Shown here piece by piece: positions 30,301 to 42,832 of a stretch of 64,000 bases of DNA; the first letter of the stretch is position 1; every line of letters begins with the position of its first letter. A model generated the notes under the pieces. The model saw only the letters and a program-made list of their open reading frames with translations. It made no database searches and had not been told where the DNA came from. Origin of the DNA: Piromyces finnis finn (lineage: Eukaryota; Fungi; Neocallimastigomycota); assembly GCA_002104945.1 (NCBI GenBank), contig MCFH01000021.1, positions 248,001 to 312,000 on the forward strand, given 5' to 3'. The translations under genes and the position numbers were made by a program.

Positions 30301-32828
30301 ATCCTCCTCCAATCCACCTTCTCTTCCTCCAAAATCTTCCTCCTCTCCTATTAAAAAATCTAATACCACGAAAAGTGCTACGAAAGGTTCAAATGTCAAT
30401 ACTTCAACTAAACCTTCAAACAACAACTTTAATGGTTTTAAAATACCAGAATTTAACTTTAATGGCTTCATTAAATCTAATTCTCCAATTGTCAATAGAA
30501 AATTACAAAGACGTCATAGTATTAGTAGTCCGGAAAAGACAGATTTGGATCCTACTATATATAACAGTCGTATCAAAAAGTCAGAGGGTATGAGTCCAAC
30601 ATCTAAATTGAACCGTCATGGTACAATAAATACACCTTATCTTAATACTACTAAACCCCAAAGAATACCTATGGACATTGAAAAAGATTCCGATATCATA
30701 TCAGTGGAAGATATTCAAGCTTCCCTCTTTAACGTTAGTAAATTAAGTAGTCATTCTTCAAGAAAAGATGATAGTGAGCATTCTTCTCATTCTAAATCCT
30801 CTTCATCTTCTCACCTGCGAAAAGAACGTTTAAAATTAGGAAGACAAGAAAGTCCTCATACCTATAAAAAAAGTAGTGGTAGTACTACACCTACCAATGC
30901 CTCACCGAAAAAATACATATTTGATCTGGAAGAGGATGAAGAGCTTCAACCATTAAATCCGATTACCACAACCCCAATCCTTCAAGATGCTATTAATGAT
31001 ATTTTAGATAAGGAATTACCGGAAATTAAAATTGTTCCTGAGAGTCCAGACATCATTTCAATGGACAATATACCAATTTATAATTCTGTTGATATTGAAA
31101 ATATTCCTATATATACAGAATCTGAAATTATAGTTCAACCGGAAGAAGAAGAAGATAAAGAAGAAGAAACAGAAAAGGGTTATTTCAAAATGGATGATCT
31201 AAAGTCTGATGAAAGTCACAGCAGTTACAACGATAAAAGTAATGGTTCTATCATGGCGCTTATCAATAAAAATTGGAAATTACTCAGTGAAGATCTTTCC
31301 GAAGAAAATATTATATTACCTTCTAAAGTCTCAAAAAATAATAATACCAAAAAAACTAATTTCTTAAAATCACAAACCGATAATAGTAAGTAGTATTCAA
31401 TTAAACCATTTTTATACTTGTAGGTTACCTATAATTGAGAAAAAAAATGTTTTCTTTTTTTTAAATGCTTTTTTTATATCCGTTTTATATATATATTCAA
31501 TTTTATAAAAAAAAATTAACCAAAAAAAAAAAAAATATTTAAATTTTTATATGATTATTATATATTAATAATTATTATATGTATATAAATTTTAATTTTT
31601 TTTTTATTATGCACTAATTAAATTAGACTATCTTGATTTCTCAAATAATATGGATAACATTTCACCTATTCTTCCTCCATTATCAAAAACACTCAATATT
31701 AATATTGGAAATGCCTTTGCCACCGTTGAGAATGAATATCTAGAAAAAAAGTCACCAAGAAGAGAAGATAACGGTGGCAATATTAATCATAAAAATAACA
31801 AGTATTATAGAATGTGTGTGAATAATATAGGTAATCCATTCCTTAATCCAAATAATGTATTAGAAGTCTCTGAAAATGACACCTACAAAGGTAAAACAAC
31901 CATTTGTTCTCCACCTATTGATGTAGAAAGTATTATTGGTTCTATTTTAGATTCTGAAGATAAGGAGGACACGACCATAGATGAAGTTGACACCGACGAT
32001 AATAAAGATATTTTTGAAAAGAACCTTCAAGATTATCAATTCACTTCCATTCTTCCCGAAAATAGTAAAAAAGGTAATTTTTTCATTAATACCATTTTAA
32101 TAAAACTGACAATAAATAAATAGCTCTATATAAACAGCTATATATAAATATATATATATATTGTTTTATAATTTTTTTTTTTTTTATTGTTTTATAATTT
32201 TCCATGCATTAATTATTAGTTATAATTATAATTATATAATATATATTAAATAGTGGATCAAAATGAAAATGATAATAAAGAAAATGTCAATGCAAATATT
32301 ATTAATTATTCATCGGTAAAGGATACTAAATCCAATACTACGGATAAAAACAAAAAATCATCCTATATTATACCATCCGTTACTTCCTTCCGTAAATACT
32401 CCCTCCCTACCTCTAATATTAATAAAACATCCATTGATGAAAATCAACATTTACATCGCTCTAGAAGTGGTAATGGTAAAAATGCCTATGGTCATTCGTG
32501 TACTCCCCTTTCCTCTTACAATAATCATTACTTTGAAAACAATAGTTCTAATAATACCTCTGGTAGTAGACATCATAAAAATAAAAAGTATGAACGTATT
32601 CTCGCTGTTCATGACTATAAAGGTAGAGATAATCGTGAAATGTCATTAGAAAAGGGTGATATACTCATAGTAAAGCAACGTAAAGGAACCTGGATATATG
32701 GCGTCAAGGAAAGTAACATATTTAAAATTGATATTATCACCAATCAACAAATTAAATTTAAACATCGTGAACACGGTTGGGTTCCGGCTACCTATGTTAA
32801 ACCCTACGATAGTACCATATCTTCCTAA
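27374..32828 (+). CDS. Large SH3-domain protein (~1521 aa): helical N-terminus (possibly BAR/IMD-like), long disordered middle, C-terminal SH3
   Basis: Seven exons join in frame: 27374-27602, 27787-27842, 27917-27982, 28065-28151, 28280-31385, 31627-32073, 32254-32828. C-terminal AVHDYKGRDNREMSLEKGDILIV...WIYG...GWVPATYV is an SH3 signature. Internal Pro-rich motifs (PPSLPPK, IPPPK). Confidence 0.8.
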
Positions 32829-32947
32829 ATTCATTAAAAATAAAAAAAAAAGTCTACTGTTTATATATAATTAAATAAGAAAATAAATTAGCTCTTTTTT
32901 TTTTTTCTTTTAATAATACAACGATAATTTTTAATAAAAATGAAATA

Positions 32948-32985
<38 letters not shown>

Positions 32986-33899
32986 TTTATATACTAAATT
33001 TAAACAATATATATATTGAAATATAGGAAAACTAAAAAAAAATAACACTATATATTTATAGTTATATTAAAAAAAAATTAATAGTCATTCTAATCTTCTA
33101 AACTTTTTTTATTTTAAGCTATCATTATAGTTTTTAATTAACTTTAAAAAATTAACTACAATAATAAAAAATTTTGGTATAAAAAAAAATATATATATAA
33201 TAGTTGAAGAGTTTTTTTTATTTATTTATTTTATTTATTATTATTATATTTTATTTTGTGTAAAAGTTATTTATTACTTTGTTAAAACACCAACAACAAC
33301 GCTAATTCTTTTCCCTTTTCCTCATAGGTTATTTCCTTGAATATAATATTACGAAAAAAAAAAAAAAAAGAAAAAAAAAAAAATTTTTTTGTGCCTTTTT
33401 TTTTTAACCCAGGTTTAAAATAATTTTTACTGATAAAAACCCTTGAAATTACTAAATATCTTGAAATTACTAAATATAGATATATATATTTTATACCAAT
33501 ATATAATAAAAATATTTTGTAAAATAAAAATCTATGTTTATATAATTTCACTTATAATATCACTTTTTTTTTTTTTTTTCAAAATTTTAATAAAAATCAA
33601 CAAATTCAATTGTTTAAATATTGTGAAAATTTATTGTTTTTCTAATTAGTATTATTATCTTTTTATTCTTTATCCTTTACTAAAAATTTTCACCATTAAC
33701 TTATTTAATTTAGGTAATAATAAAATATATAATAAATAATAGGTGACTATATAAAAAAAAAAAAGTAATTTTATTTTATAATGGTTTTTATTTTTTAATA
33801 CAATTTTTATAAATGATTTGGGTTATACAAGGTTTAAAATTATTAATGATAGTCATTTCAAAAATCCAAACTACATAAAATAGTAGTGTTATATATGGA

Positions 33900-33944
33900 A
33901 TTATTGTATAGCTATTTTATTATATAAAATAGCTATACAATAAT
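33900..33944. repeat. Perfect 21-bp inverted repeat with 3-nt loop
   Basis: attattgtatagctattttat-tat-ataaaatagctatacaataat; the two arms are exact reverse complements. Confidence 0.9.
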
Positions 33945-34099
33945 CATAAAATGGGAGTTGATTTAATTTTTTTTTAAAAAAAAAAAAAAATAAGGGTATC
34001 ATATTTTAATTGGGTGTTGGTATGTATTTATTTCATATCAAAACATCGACTGAAACATTAAAAGTTCAATAGATGATAAGTTTTTTTTTTCTTTCTTTC

Positions 34100-34750
34100 T
34101 TAATCAGGGTAAAAGTCAGTATATTTAATTTTACTGTGAACAAACCATCCTTCTAAATCATCTTTGGTTCCTTGAATATCGAAAACAAGTTTCCATGTTT
34201 TATAACATTTACCAGTCCAGTCGGTATACTTAAATCTAACTAATTTGCTTGATTTATCTTCAAATTTATCTAATTTTATATCACCAAAAGAAGAAGCATC
34301 CGTTAAAAATGCATCTACAGTACATTTATTGTTACGATCATTTACACAATGTCCTGAATATAAATAGCCATAGATATAAACATCGAAATAATAATTATAA
34401 CTATAAATAGAAGCGACCATACTAACGAATTCATCAGTATCATCATGTTCTTTTCTTAAGGTTTCTTCGGTAGTAGCCACTGGGGTTGTCATATACCATA
34501 TTGTATTATAAATATTAAATGTAATTTCACCGAAACCAATATTACAAGTTTTTGTATTATCACCACAGGTAATACTAGTTAAAGGGGGAACCGTAGTTCT
34601 TTTGAAATTACTTAAATCAACACCAATATCAATAACATCTTCTACATTTTCATTTGTATTATTATTATTATTATTATTATTTAAATTGTGACCATTACAG
34701 CAATTTAATAATGTTAATAATACTGGAATTATTTTATAACTGATTTTCAT
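34100..34750 (-). CDS. Secreted prepro-protein of unknown function (216 aa), putative Kex2-processed
   Basis: Intronless ORF. Signal-peptide-like MKISYKIIPVLLTLLNCCNG, then an Asn-rich/acidic spacer ending in KR (residues 50-51), then a 165-aa aromatic-rich domain with 5 Cys. Confidence 0.75.
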   Translation of the reverse strand: MKISYKIIPVLLTLLNCCNGHNLNNNNNNNNTNENVEDVIDIGVDLSNFKRTTVPPLTSITCGDNTKTCNIGFGEITFNIYNTIWYMTTPVATTEETLRKEHDDTDEFVSMVASIYSYNYYFDVYIYGYLYSGHCVNDRNNKCTVDAFLTDASSFGDIKLDKFEDKSSKLVRFKYTDWTGKCYKTWKLVFDIQGTKDDLEGWFVHSKIKYTDFYPD

Positions 34751-36137
34751 TTTTTTTCTTTTTTTCTTTTTTTTTTTTTTTTGATATTATTTCAGAAATT
34801 CGTATTTTTTTTTATTTTATTTTTGTTTATTTCTTTTAATTATATTTTTTAAATAAAAAAGAAACTTATTTTTATGGAAAATATCTATTTAAGGATATAT
34901 ATATCAATAGTATCGATATAGGGTATAAAATAATAAACTTTTCACTCTAAAGATATTTACAAAATAGTTTTTCTAAAAATTAAAAATTTTTTTTTTTTAC
35001 CAAATTTTATATATATATATATAAAAGTATTTTTATATTATTATTTTTAAAATATATTATTTATTTTATATTAAAGAAGGGTGACTAATGATTTCTTAAA
35101 AATTAATATTAATATTAAAAAATGATATATAAAATATAAGAAAAGTTTTTTTGTTTTTTTTTTTTATAATTACTTTATTACAGGTGACGTTTTCATTTCA
35201 TTTTACTATTTATTTATCAATTTAATATTGGCAAGTTAAATATAAATTAAATAAGAAAAAAGGAATTTCATTATAATTTAATCAGCAAATGAAAAGAAAG
35301 TTTTAATTTAAAATTAAGCTATTTTTAACTCTTTTCATTGCACAAAATCTTTTAAATTGATATTAATCCTAAAATAATTTTTTTATTAAAAGTTATAATT
35401 AGAAATTTAATAAAATATATTTGATATTTGATAGAAATAAAATATTGAATAAACATTTATTAAATTTAAAATATACACACCACTTTTTTTACTAATAAAA
35501 TAAAATATATATATATATATATTAATAATTATTTTTAACAATTATATTCTATATTTTGTTATCTTTTTTTTTTTTAATATCAAAAACTGTATGAAAAATA
35601 ACACATTTCTTTTAAAATAATAATAAAGCATTTCATGATAAAACTTAAAAATAGTTAGTATACAAGTATACAATATCTCTTCTTTGTATTCATTTTTTTG
35701 ATTATTAAAAATAGTATTTTTATTTAATTAGGTATATTGTTATTTTTTTTTTTTTTATTTTTTTAAAATTTTTTAAATTTTTATTATTAATTTCTACTAA
35801 AAATTATTTTAATTGATATATAATACAAAAGTTTATCTTTAATAAAATTACTACATATAAAATGTTTTTTGGCTGTTTTGATTTTTTGATTTTTTTTTTT
35901 TTTTATTTATTTTTTTGTTTTTGTTTTTTTTCTTGTACATATGGAGATTGATGTTGTTTTCCTTCTTTTTCATTCTTTTAAATTAAGAGTTTATATATAT
36001 ATTTTTATTTTTTATATTTTTAGAGAGTTGTAAATTTTCATTTTTTTTTCGTTTATTCGTTCTTCCATTTTTTTTTTTTTTTTTTTTTTTGAAAAATAGT
36101 CCATTATTTTTAATTTATTAATTATACATAAGTATTG

Positions 36138-36180
<43 letters not shown>

Positions 36181-37138
36181 TTAAGAATTTTATTATTGAA
36201 TGAGATTTCTTTCTTTCTTTACGATTCACTTTATTTTGTTCTTCTTTTCCCTAAATTATTTTAGAGTGTTTCTTCTTAAACTTTAATCAATTTTCTGTTT
36301 CTTAGCATTGGATAGTGTATAATTTTTTTTTGTTATAATGGGCTGTTAAAAAAAAACATTTCGTAATATTATTATTAGAGAAAACTTTTTATATAAACCT
36401 GCTTTTTATTTATTACGCTGTTTTATATATATATATCAATGAGTAAATAATAACCATTATTTTATATAAATGGATTTTTCTTTTTAATAATAAATAAATT
36501 AAATTAAAATTAATAATAAACAAAAAAAAAAATACTTTTTTTAAAAATAAAAAATTTATTAATAATTCTTTCATAATGTTAATTATATTAAAAAAGGTAC
36601 TATATAATCAAAAAATAAAATTTTATTAGATTTTTCCTTTTCTATATTATGACATGAATTAATGATAATAATATATATAATATAATAATAATAAAAAGGA
36701 AATAATCATGTTTTAGTTGCGGGTTTTTAATGATTTCAAATATACTAATATGTAATGTGCATTTACGAGTCTTATAAATTGTATTGCAAAACATTTTTTT
36801 TTTCTTTTGATATATACTTTGTGTGACGAAGCAATGATTTTCAATAATGAATTATATATATTTCAACGGTTTGATAATACTTTTTATATTTCTGAAATCC
36901 TGATGATGTATAAATATGTTAGATTCTTTATGTTCCATTATTCTATTGAAATCATTGAAATCCTTTATTAAATATAACGATGAATAAAATAGATATATTA
37001 AAAATACAATTTTATAAATAAAAAAAAACCAAGATAGAAATTACTTTAGTTCCCAATAATATTATATATATAGGTTATAGGCTAAACATTTTTTAGTATT
37101 TTGCAAAATTTTGGTATCTATATTTTTGTAATTATTCT

Positions 37139-38092
37139 TTAAACTCTAATTTCGTTTTCATTTTTCTTGATATTCTTTTGTAGAATATATTTACAAAATT
37201 CATAAGCTGTCCAACTTATTGCTGTAGATGGCATATTGTAAAGCATTCTAGGAATCACACCCTTTGTGAATCCCATTAAGCCATTTCTTTGGTATATAAT
37301 TTTCGAAGCTTCCCATAATCCATTGGCACGAGAAATAGCTACATCATGAGATGTTCCACGAAGTTGAAGTAATGTTTTACTGACATCTAATGGATTTGTT
37401 ATGATAGAAGCTACACCACCTGCCATAGCACCTGCAATTATATGTGATTTTGGATCATATTTACCAGATGGATTTAACTTTTTACGATAATACTCATAAA
37501 TAATAAAATGTATTGAATTGAATGGGATATTCATTAATAGAGTAGTTGGATAAGAGACATAAAAGGCACCTATACCTTCCTTATGCAATATTTTCATACC
37601 ACAATTAATCATATTACCAGAAGCATGTTCTATCTGTTGTCTTTGTTTGATGACATCAAATGGATTTAAAAAAGCTTCACTTAATACAGTAGCAATAGCA
37701 CCAGCACCAGCCTCCTTAATATGACTTTTTCCTTCAATAATATTCATTTTATGTTTAAAAAATTCATAACTACCATAGTAAACTGCATGTGCAGGACCAG
37801 CACCCCAAAACATAGAACCAACGCCTTTCCATAAACCCTTTAAATTGTATGTATTTTTGAGAGATACGCTTTTTTCTGAAATCATTTGTAATCTTGTTTT
37901 AATACTATCTACGGGGAACATAACACAATGCTCTGCTATGCCTGCTAATGTACCAGCACCTGCATTAACTAATAATGATTGAGACGGTATAGATTCATAG
38001 TCTTGTTCTTCCACTACTTTTTTTTCAATTTCAATTGATTTTATATTGGTGGTAGTAATTGGTTCTTCGAGCTTAAATATTGATTTTAACAT
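37139..38092 (-). CDS. MRS3/MRS4: Mitochondrial carrier family iron transporter (mitoferrin type)
   Basis: Three carrier signatures (PVDSIKTRLQ, PFDVIKQRQQ, PLDVSKTLLQ) plus mitoferrin-typical AGIAEHCVMFP, GAGPAHAVYYGSYE and SYPTTLLMNIPFNSIHF. Intronless, 317 aa. Confidence 0.92.
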   Translation of the reverse strand: MLKSIFKLEEPITTTNIKSIEIEKKVVEEQDYESIPSQSLLVNAGAGTLAGIAEHCVMFPVDSIKTRLQMISEKSVSLKNTYNLKGLWKGVGSMFWGAGPAHAVYYGSYEFFKHKMNIIEGKSHIKEAGAGAIATVLSEAFLNPFDVIKQRQQIEHASGNMINCGMKILHKEGIGAFYVSYPTTLLMNIPFNSIHFIIYEYYRKKLNPSGKYDPKSHIIAGAMAGGVASIITNPLDVSKTLLQLRGTSHDVAISRANGLWEASKIIYQRNGLMGFTKGVIPRMLYNMPSTAISWTAYEFCKYILQKNIKKNENEIRV

Positions 38093-39247
38093 TTTTATTT
38101 TTATTAAATGATATGTATAAAATTTAAAAATAGCAATGAATGTAAATGTGAAATCTAATTTTAAATAAGATTTATTGATATTTCAATCTCTATTATTATA
38201 ATTGTATAGGATATCAAGATATTGATAATTAATTTTAATATTATTATTAATGTATTATATTTTACAATATTAAATAATGGTTCAAGCGAATCAAATATGC
38301 CAAAATCTTAATATTTTTTATTTCATAAAATCTGTATTTATATTTAAATGATTTTTTTCTTTAATTGATGATATTAATAGAATTATTTAAATTTTATTAA
38401 TATTTATTATGTTTTCTTTCTCTTTTTTTAAAAATAAAAAAAAAAAATTATACACTATGGTATCTTGAATTCTTTTATAAAAATTCCAATTAAGGTTTTG
38501 TGTATAATAATAGTTTAAAAAGAGACAAAGGTATAATTATATTAAATAATAATATATAGTCATGAAAGTACAATATATTCTGATATTGAATTTTGTTTTT
38601 TTTTTAACACTTTTTTTCATAAAACTCTTTCAATTACTATATTGTTACTTTTACTTGTTGGTGTGAGTGTGTGTTTAAAAAAAATTTTTTACTACATTTT
38701 TTTTTTTTAACAGTTATTTTTTGTTTCTTTTATACTATTGAAAAAAAAGATCATTTATTATATATTAATTATATGTAAAATGTATTCTATAATATACTTG
38801 AACATATATTAAATTAAATTACCAATTAAATTAAAATAATTTAGTAAAGTTTTAACAACATTAATTGGAAATGATAACAAATATTTTTTTTACGGAAGGC
38901 AAAGTTGATAATGTTTTATATTATTAAATAAAATAAAAATATTATGCGCTGCTAGGATAACAAAAAAAAAAAAAGGAAAACGCAATGGCGAAAGAATGAA
39001 TTTAATTAAAAGAAATAAAATTAAAAAAAATATAATATCGGGCTTTTATTCAACAAAAAAATCAATCACTTTTTTTTTTTTTTAAATCAATTAAAATATA
39101 CAAATATACATCTATTAGGTCTATTAGGTCTATTAGGGTGTAGAGTATAAAGCAAAATACTTTTTTCATTATATAGGAAGTAGATCAGGTAAAATAAATC
39201 ATTTATGATTATATAAAAGTATCAATAAAGGGTAACTTTTACTATTA

Positions 39248-39361
39248 TTATTCTTTAATCCTTGATAATAAAATAGCAATAGTTGTTAGGATGATGAGGA
39301 TAAGAATAATAGTTACATTAGCCTTACCATAATTCTTACCATCCTTTTTGTTAGTATTCAT
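39248..39361 (-). CDS. Candidate 37-aa single-TM microprotein
   Basis: ATG to TAA ORF MNTNKKDGKNYGKANVTIILILIILTTIAILLSRIKE. Below the ORF-track length cut-off. Uses AAG/GGT/GCT/ATC codons in otherwise very AT-rich flanks. Confidence 0.25.
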   Translation of the reverse strand: MNTNKKDGKNYGKANVTIILILIILTTIAILLSRIKE

Positions 39362-40785
39362 TCCTACACTTACTAAATAATATATTATATATTACAATCA
39401 AACGCTATACGTAAAATATTCCATAAATTTATTTCCTTATTTTTTATTGGCTAATGATTCATTGATATAGGAAAAAATATTGTATGTCAATATATTACAA
39501 TATATTACAATATATATTGAATATAAATGTAAACTTTGTTTTTTCCTATTTTTTAATTCATAAAAAAATTAATAATAAAAAGTGAAAAATAAAAAATGAA
39601 TATTTTATTCATGGTAAAAATAACAAAGGTTTTTTTTTTTTTTTTTTACTTAAGTCAAATAATAAAAAGAGGATAAAAAATAAAAAAATAAAAAAAAGCA
39701 ATAAGGAAAATAACAAGATGATAATTGGAGAAAACCCACATTAAATCTACAAAAAACATATATTTATAATATTTATTATTGACTAGTAATTCTTTCAATG
39801 TTTGGAAAAGAAAGATTTAAAATGAAAAGAAATTTAATATGTATTGTTAATACAACTACTTTTTATTCTATTGTCTTTGCAACAACAGAATATTGTTATT
39901 TCTTACTTACAATAATTATTTTAAACTTTTATTAAAAGAGAAAAAAGCATGTCATTATGATTTCTTAATAAAATTAAATTAAATTTTAAAAATAAATTAT
40001 TTTATTAAAAAAAAATATATATATAAAATATATAAAATATAAAATTTTAAAAATAAAAACAATTAGGGAATCAATCCAATCATATGAAGAAAAATAAATT
40101 TAAAGTTTGAATTTTTAAATAGTGGTAGGCGTAGGCATAAAAACTCCACTAAAGTTAAACTTTACCAATTAATGTTTAGGTAAAAGCAATTCTAATTTTA
40201 ATGATGCCTTTTAATAAATAAAAATAATTTTATTTTATAAAAGAAAATGAATATGAAGAATGTTTTTAGTCTTATAAGAAAGAATATATATACTACATAA
40301 AGCATTGAAGTATTGCTAAGATATTATGATAATCTAATGATTGTAATTAAATTTTATTTTTTTTTTTTTTTAAATGATATTAATGTAACTTTTTATAAAA
40401 GAAAATAAATGAAAGAAAATATAAAAATTAATAATAAAGGAAATCGATTTGTTCTTTCATAATTTAAAATTTTTTTATTTATTTGTTTCTATTATTGGTA
40501 ATAGTTTTTATAAATACCACATTCTTTAATTCAATATATAATATAATTATGTCTATACATGTCTACCTATTATCTAAATATTAAATATTCTTAATTCATT
40601 CGTTATTACTGCTAACTACGGGTTCAAATTACCGATGTTAAACCACAGGTATAAAATAATTACTACTTGAACCCAAAAATGTTCCGAAGGATATTAAAAA
40701 TCGCATTTTAATTCTTTGTAATAAAACACTTTTAAAGCCTTTCTTTACTTTTTTTTTCAAATATATGTCCGTCCCTATTTTTCTT

Positions 40786-41103
40786 TAATCGCTCATTTGA
40801 GAATAAATAGAAAAGATAATAGAAAATATGATATAAAGCATTCTAGTCATAAAAAAAACTTATAAATTATTATTAGCATCTTTTAATCTATAAAAATTAC
40901 TACATTCTTTACTTTTTTCTAATCGTTCATTTGAGAGGTATAGGGAATATTGTATTGATAAATAAAATAATTAGAAAAGATAATAGAAAATGTAATATGA
41001 TCTAAAGGAACTTTTATTACTTAATTATAATAGTTAGGAATCAAATATATATAGAGCATTCTAGTCATAAAAAACTATAAATTATTATCATTTTTTAATC
41101 TAT
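40786..41103. repeat. Degenerate tandem duplication (~105-nt and ~185-nt copies)
   Basis: Blocks taatcg[c/t]tcatttgaga, tagaaaagataatagaaaat and agcattctagtcataaaaaa occur twice in the same order (40786-40891 and 40920-41103). Confidence 0.75.
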
Positions 41104-42223
41104 TATTTTTTTTTAAAAAAAAAAAAAGTTAAAAAAAAAATACTTAAGAATTCATATTCTTTTTTTATTTCTTGTTATATAAAACCGAAAATATAATTGA
41201 CTTCAAGTATTTAAAAACTATACCATCGACTTTATAACAAAAATTTATTACATTTAGAAATAATACATAATAGTATATTTTACTATTAATAAGGTACATT
41301 ATAATCACTACTAGAAGAATATATCAAAGTATACATTAAAAAAAAACTTCATTATTATTCTTTATAATTTTTTTTATTTTATATTCAATAAAATATCCAA
41401 ATACTAATATATTCTAATTTATTTGAATTGATTTCTCATAAAAAATAAGAAATGACATTATTTTAATAATGTCATTTATAACACATTATTTTAAGGTGTT
41501 ATAGATATGCTTAAAATAATAAGGCATTTATTAATAATGAATCTAAACTTGTCTTTTAAATATATTTGAAATAATAAACACTAATAATAAACTCGAATTT
41601 TAAAACCAAACTATTTTTACTTTTTTTTTGTTGATATATATAAAAAAAAATATCTTAAGCATGGTTAAGAAGTATCAAGTAAAATACATTATTAAGTTAA
41701 ATTAGTTATTTTTTTTTTATGCTTAATAAAAATAAATTATCTTTTATATAATAATGTTAATTTTCGAATTATAAATAGAAATTATTTTACTTCAGTTAAA
41801 GTATAATATATGTTTAAAATATATATCTTTTCATTTTTTAGTTGTTTCTACAATATTTGAAACCAACCTTTCGCAAATTATTTTTATAAAATTAAAGTTT
41901 TTAATATAAATTATTTAGCCAATCATATTAAAAAATCTTAAATACAAAAAGAGAATATGTCAAAAGATCACCACAAATTATTTGAATATTAAGTATTATA
42001 AAGATTATTATAATTAATATTTCTTTAAAAAAATAATGACATATTGTAATAAAATAGATTTACCAAAAAATGAATTTATATATACACACAATACTATATG
42101 TATTAAAAGATGTAATTAAGGGTTTTGGTATTTTTTATTTAATAATTGAATATTTTATATTTGTAGCTATAATTATATAGCTATAATTATATAATGATAA
42201 ATATTTATGATTTATATATATAT

Positions 42224-42520
<297 letters not shown>

Positions 42521-42832
42521 TAGTATTGGTTCTAATAAAATAACAAAATATAGTCTTATTAAAACATCATTTAAAACTCTTTTTTTCATTTAATATTAAT
42601 TGTAAATGATTTTACTTTAATGTACGATTAAATAAATATTTAATTAATATAAATTAATTAATTTAATTTTGAAATAATAATTAATCAAATTACCAATAAA
42701 TATTTTTATAGTGTTAATTTTGGTATTAATATATCAGGTTATATTTATTTTTTTTTTTTTTCTCTAAACTTTAAAAAAATATTAAATAATTTTTTCAAAG
42801 TAGAATTAAAAAATTAATATAATATAAAAAAA

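Noticed and set aside
28709-30593. Short overlapping or antisense ORFs within the SH3 gene (similarly within the 7TM, APC2 and RAD17 genes)
   Set aside because: Alternative-frame shadows of supported coding exons, with no independent evidence.
33442-33478. 18-nt direct repeat cttgaaattactaaatat x2 (and ctattaggt x3 near 39112)
   Set aside because: Consistent with local replication slippage; no associated feature.
40605-40680. tRNA T-arm/B-box-like GGGTTCAAATT
   Set aside because: No acceptor stem, D-arm or anticodon arm could be folded, so it is not called a tRNA.
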